Source of the DNA: Patescibacteria group bacterium
Lineage (GTDB): Bacteria; Patescibacteriota; Microgenomatia; Daviesbacterales; UBA10151
Reading direction: 5' to 3'
Length of the DNA stretch: 64,000 nt
Assembly (NCBI GenBank): GCA_038064895.1
Contig: JBBTSA010000010.1
Span: 182,616 to 246,615 of the forward strand
The notes beneath the pieces were generated by a model. It made no database searches and was not told where the DNA came from. It saw nothing but the letters and a program-made list of their open reading frames with translations. The position numbers were made by a program, and so were the translations under genes. Shown in pieces: positions 59,907 to 64,000 of the stretch (positions are counted from its first letter, which is position 1; each line of letters begins with the position of its first letter).

Positions 59907-60833
59907 ATGAGACTATTGGTAACTGGAGGCGCCGGATTTATAGGCTCACATGTAGTAAAAATCCTGCTTGATAAAGATCATGCTGTAACTGTTTTTGATA
60001 ATCTCACCCGCGGGCACCAAGACCAAATAGATGACCGTGCAAGTTTTGTAAAGGGTGACCTTTCGGATCAGGAAGTTTTAGAAAAAACGCTTAAAAATCA
60101 TGACGCCGTCATTCATCTGGCATCCTTTATTGAGGTTGGCGAGTCTGTAAAAAAACCCGTAGAATTTGCGGAAAATAATATTTTAGGAACTGTGAAACTT
60201 TTAGAAGCAATGAGAAGGACAGGTGTAAAAAAAATTATTTTTTCATCAAGCGCTTGTGTCTACGGCACTCCAAGTAAAACCCCAATCACAGAAGAATCTC
60301 CAATGGGAATACAGACAAACCCATATGGGATAACTAAAATTTCCATGGAACAATTTTGCATGCTTTACAGTCGACTCTATGATTTTGATGTAACAATTTT
60401 GCGATACTTTAACCCTTACGGGCCGGGAGAACTGCATAATCCGGAGACTCACGCTATACCGAATTTCATAAAGGCAGCTTTACGAAAAAATCCGATGCCA
60501 CTGTTTTGGAAAGGGAAACAAATAAGAGACTTTATTTATATTGATGACCTGTCAGAAGCTCATACCTTACCTTTAAACCTTACAGGACTTCATATATATA
60601 ATGTAGGAACAGAAAGCGGGGTAAAGGTTTTAGATGTTGTCAAAAAAATATTTAAGTTATTAGGATATGAGGTTTCGCTGGATGATAAAGGAGAAAGAAA
60701 GGGAGATGTACCCAAGTTAGTTGCATCTTCTGAAAAAATCAAAAAGCAGTTAGGATGGAATGCAAAAGTTAATCTCGAAGAAGGACTAAAAAAAACTATT
60801 GAGTTTTACCGGAACCACCTTTCTTCCAACTAA
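59907..60833 (+). CDS. galE: UDP-glucose 4-epimerase
   Basis: GGAGFIGSH, VGESV..P, FSSSA.VYG, NPYGITK, LRYFN and ETH motifs. Confidence 0.8.
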   Translation: MRLLVTGGAGFIGSHVVKILLDKDHAVTVFDNLTRGHQDQIDDRASFVKGDLSDQEVLEKTLKNHDAVIHLASFIEVGESVKKPVEFAENNILGTVKLLEAMRRTGVKKIIFSSSACVYGTPSKTPITEESPMGIQTNPYGITKISMEQFCMLYSRLYDFDVTILRYFNPYGPGELHNPETHAIPNFIKAALRKNPMPLFWKGKQIRDFIYIDDLSEAHTLPLNLTGLHIYNVGTESGVKVLDVVKKIFKLLGYEVSLDDKGERKGDVPKLVASSEKIKKQLGWNAKVNLEEGLKKTIEFYRNHLSSN

Positions 60834-61554
60834 GGGCCGATAAAAAAGGATAGAATAGATCTTCTTTTTCCGGGATAACAAAGGTGGAATAAGGTTTTTT
60901 TGACTGTGCTTCTTTTTCTGTAAATTGTATATAAGGAACATCAGTTATCACAGCAATCGGCTGCTGTTCATTCCCTTCACCCATTTCCAAAACTGCTGCG
61001 GATGCAAGAGAGTCCGGTATGTCTGTTAAGGAAATGTTAAGTCGCCTTCCAAAAATATCTTTTTTACCTCTATAATCTCTAAGTGGCACAAACCCAAAGT
61101 GCGCAATAGAAATTCCCACCAAACCTCTTCTCATGGGGATACAGTGGGAGTCAGTAATAATTACACCCAAATTACTGACTTTAAATTTTTTCCTTAAAAA
61201 TTCCCAAATTTTTTTAGCCGACTTTTGAGGATTTTTTGGCCAAAGAATAAGGTATCCTGCCCCGTTACTTTCATCAATACCTGATGAGGCAATAAGCAAA
61301 TCATTTTTAATTGTATGTATTATCCACTCATTTGGTGCGAGGGATCTTGGAAGATATTTGTCTGCTTCCTTAATAACCAGTTTATCTTTTCCACCTTTTT
61401 CTTGCAAAATACATCTTCCTTCAGCTATCGATACTACTTTGGATGCAACAGCAACAACTGAATTTTCTTCCAGGGACAAAACAGCCGATAAAAGATCCCA
61501 AAGATCATCTTCTGGGGGCTTAAATTTTCTTGTTTTTATTGCTTTAACAATCAT
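60796..61554 (-). CDS. CofE-family gamma-glutamyl ligase
   Basis: ASKVVSIAEG, SGIDESN, LGVIITDS, DYRGKKDIFGR and MGEGNEQQP motifs. Confidence 0.85.
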   Translation of the reverse strand: MIVKAIKTRKFKPPEDDLWDLLSAVLSLEENSVVAVASKVVSIAEGRCILQEKGGKDKLVIKEADKYLPRSLAPNEWIIHTIKNDLLIASSGIDESNGAGYLILWPKNPQKSAKKIWEFLRKKFKVSNLGVIITDSHCIPMRRGLVGISIAHFGFVPLRDYRGKKDIFGRRLNISLTDIPDSLASAAVLEMGEGNEQQPIAVITDVPYIQFTEKEAQSKKPYSTFVIPEKEDLFYPFLSALSWKKGGSGKTQ

Positions 61555-61762
61555 ATGTTTCGCAGTTTATCAATTTTTATTTTTTTTGTCTAACTTGCAG
61601 GCTAAATTTCCCAATATCAACTTCTTTAATTAAATAAGATAGCGTAAAGGATGGGCAAATAACCGTATTTTTGCCACCCAAAGGAGTTGATTTTTGTATT
61701 AAAGAAAAATATGAGTCCGATTTTTTTGTTCAACACCTTAATCCATATAATATAATAACTAT

Positions 61763-63238
61763 ATGGGCCGAAACCACTTTTTCTTAATTCTAATTATCAT
61801 TCTTCTATTTGGCATATTTTTTAGAACTTATAAATTAGTTGAGAGATTTGGATTTGCTCATGACGCAGATCTTTATTCATGGATCGTTAAAGATATTGTG
61901 ATTGACCACCACCCCAGATTGATCGGCCAGCTCACCAGCACCGAAGGAATTTTTATCGGGCCACTTTTTTATTATCTTTTAATCCCCTTCTTTTTGATAT
62001 TCAACATGGATCCTATAGGAAGCGCATACTTTTCTCCTGTTGTTGGAATACTAAATATCCTTAGCTACTATTTTGTGTTATCAAAGCTATTTAATAAAAA
62101 GGTGGGTATAATAGCCGCTTTCCTGCAGGCGGTCTCATTGGGAGCAGTCGGTTTTGACAGGTGGGTAGTGCCAACGATCACCACAAAACTTTGGGCTATT
62201 TGGTATTTGTATACGATACTAATGATTATAAGAGGAAATTTTAAAGTTTTGCCTCTTTTAGGATTACTGATTGGGCTGATATGGCAAGTACATCTTGCGC
62301 TTCTTCCCGCGCTTTTAGCCGTTCCTTTCGCTTTTGTTTTTTCTAAAAAGATACCGCGGCTAAAACAAATCGCTTTTTTTATCTTAAGTTTAGTAGTTTC
62401 ATCGCTACCCCTGCTGGTATTTGAAATAAAGCACAATTTTATCCAGACAATCAGTCTGGTGAAAAGCTTTCTTATTAATCATGAGGGGGCAACAGGATGG
62501 TATAAATTTTGGACCATTTTGGATAAAATTTCCAAAAATACCGATAGTTTATTTTTCTCTCCCGGCTCCCTTCCGAACAATCTAAAATTGTTTTTCAGTA
62601 TGGGACTGCTGTTGTTGTGTCTGGTGCTTATAAAAAAGAAAATTCTCAAAGCTTACGAAGCAAGTGCTTTACTTATTTGGATAGCAGGGGTAGTTTCATA
62701 CTTTAGTTTCTCTTCTGTGCAAGTATCTGAATATTATTTTGCAAACTTGGAAGTAATTTTTTTGACACTTGCCAGCCTTCTTATCTGCGTTTTCTTTAAT
62801 TCATCTGTTTTGAGAAGATACCTTACATTGTTACTTCTTTTCCTGCTGCTTTTTAGAAATGTTATTTTCTACTTAACTTCCGAGCCTTTTCATATCGGAT
62901 ATGCGGAAAAAAAAGCAATTACTCAATATATAGTATCTGATGCAAAGGAAAATACTTTTCCTTGTGTAGCAATAAACTATATAACTTTACCCGGTGAGAA
63001 TGTAGGTTTTCGCTATCTTTTTTTTATTAACAGCTTAAAATTGGCCCAACCTTCGGATAAAGTTCCGGTTTATAGTATTGTCTTTCCTTATGAGTGGTCT
63101 AAACAGGAAGTCAAGGCAGTATTTGGGCATATGGGAGTTATTCCGCCGGCCAAAATTCCTCCCCGGCAAAACTTAGAATACGATTGCAGTGGAGAAAATA
63201 CTAATTTAACCGATCCGTTGTTTGGATATGTTGAGTAA
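61763..63238 (+). CDS. ArnT-like GT-C membrane glycosyltransferase
   Basis: FAHDAD...LIGQ...FIGPLFYY and PL..FEIKHNF motifs; TATAAT 6 nt before ATG. Confidence 0.75.
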   Translation: MGRNHFFLILIIILLFGIFFRTYKLVERFGFAHDADLYSWIVKDIVIDHHPRLIGQLTSTEGIFIGPLFYYLLIPFFLIFNMDPIGSAYFSPVVGILNILSYYFVLSKLFNKKVGIIAAFLQAVSLGAVGFDRWVVPTITTKLWAIWYLYTILMIIRGNFKVLPLLGLLIGLIWQVHLALLPALLAVPFAFVFSKKIPRLKQIAFFILSLVVSSLPLLVFEIKHNFIQTISLVKSFLINHEGATGWYKFWTILDKISKNTDSLFFSPGSLPNNLKLFFSMGLLLLCLVLIKKKILKAYEASALLIWIAGVVSYFSFSSVQVSEYYFANLEVIFLTLASLLICVFFNSSVLRRYLTLLLLFLLLFRNVIFYLTSEPFHIGYAEKKAITQYIVSDAKENTFPCVAINYITLPGENVGFRYLFFINSLKLAQPSDKVPVYSIVFPYEWSKQEVKAVFGHMGVIPPAKIPPRQNLEYDCSGENTNLTDPLFGYVE

Positions 63239-64000
63239 GGCTTTTGGGATAAGCGGTAAAAGATCGGATGCCAAACCTCCTGCGCTACCTATTTTTTCTT
63301 TAAGCGTTTCTCCCGCAACTCCATGCACATACACGCCACAACATGCCGCATCAAAAGTATTGAGTCCTTGGGTCAAAAATCCAGCAACGATTCCGGCTAA
63401 CACATCACCTGTTCCGGCAGTAGCAAGTAGCGGGTTTACAAATGGGCTGATTGCTACTTTTCCACGAGGGGAGGCAATAATAGTATTTGCTCCCTTTAAA
63501 ACAATAGTCTTCTGCCATTTTTTTGCAAACTGTCTGGTTATATTTTCTCTATCTTGTTGTATCTTTTCAATGGAAAATCCGGTCAGTCTGGACATTTCTC
63601 CGGGGTGAGGTGTTAATACTACATCCCTACCTATTTTATTCCACCAATTCTCTTCCTTAGATAGTAAATTAAGCCCGTCTCCGTCAATTACCATTTTATG
63701 TGGATACATCATAAAATTATGCACTAATTCCCTTGCTTTATCTTTCTGACCCAATCCAGGACCTATTAACAAAACCTTATATCCTAAAAGTTTCTTTTCA
63801 ATTTCATTTCTTAAAAGAAAAGTCACTTCAGGTAATTTTCTGGATACTATAATTTTTACATCATTTGTTGTTGCTAAACTTACCAGTCCCACTCCCACTC
63901 TGTAGGCAGCTGCACAAGATAGATATGCAGCACCTGGATAATTTTCTGACCCGGCAATTACCAGAACTTTTCCAAAAGTTCCTTTATTGGCATCTTTTAA
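63206..64000 (-). CDS. nnrD: ADP-dependent NAD(P)H-hydrate dehydratase (start beyond window)
   Basis: Frame open to the window edge (NKGTFGKVLVIAGS..YPGAA); IGPGLG, DGDGL, TPHPGEM, LKG and ATAGTGDVLAG motifs. Confidence 0.92.
   Translation of the reverse strand, partial: LKDANKGTFGKVLVIAGSENYPGAAYLSCAAAYRVGVGLVSLATTNDVKIIVSRKLPEVTFLLRNEIEKKLLGYKVLLIGPGLGQKDKARELVHNFMMYPHKMVIDGDGLNLLSKEENWWNKIGRDVVLTPHPGEMSRLTGFSIEKIQQDRENITRQFAKKWQKTIVLKGANTIIASPRGKVAISPFVNPLLATAGTGDVLAGIVAGFLTQGLNTFDAACCGVYVHGVAGETLKEKIGSAGGLASDLLPLIPKALLNISKQRIG

Noticed and set aside
3604-63608. Short antisense or nested ORFs in the track (e.g. 3604, 14047, 30210, 32142, 37060, 53485, 55824, 62068, 63222)
   Set aside because: They lie within well-supported genes and show no motifs; treated as shadow ORFs.
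1-64000. CRISPR array, tRNA/rRNA, DGR template/variable repeats, transposase or integrase
   Set aside because: No regularly spaced repeats, no intergenic RNA-like region, and no reverse transcriptase or recombinase motifs were seen by eye.

Overview
AT-rich, gene-dense bacterial DNA. Gene content and style (minimal TsaB, CofE-like ligase, many GT-C proteins, leaderless-type starts) suggest a Patescibacteria/CPR genome, probably Microgenomates-like; this is inference only. About 1-50.4 kb is a very large, mostly minus-strand surface-glycosylation locus. It has about 24 polytopic GT-C-like membrane glycosyltransferase genes or remnants (ArnT/PMT-like, PIG-V-like, GT87-like, YfhO, four tandem PTPS-related paralogs, three HDGxWH-type proteins), with one more at 61.8 kb. 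It also has four polyprenol-phosphate sugar synthases (two as fusions), three WaaE-like GT2s, an ALG11-like GT4, two Wzx flippases, gmd and rmlBCD. The rest holds tsaE, a lamin-tail surface protein, prfB-ftsE-ftsX with a circularly permuted M23 protein, a DUF5678/aspartyl-protease pair inserted at a duplicated tsaB start, a CAP protein, rmlA, galE, a CofE-like ligase and nnrD. There are many scars of gene turnover: a CAG>TAG nonsense gene, a frameshifted remnant, a 20-codon bridge ORF, and an msrA/msrB chimera broken by a nested palindromic insert. No rRNA, tRNA, CRISPR array, transposase or integrase was seen. Family assignments come from motif recognition by eye, not from database searches.
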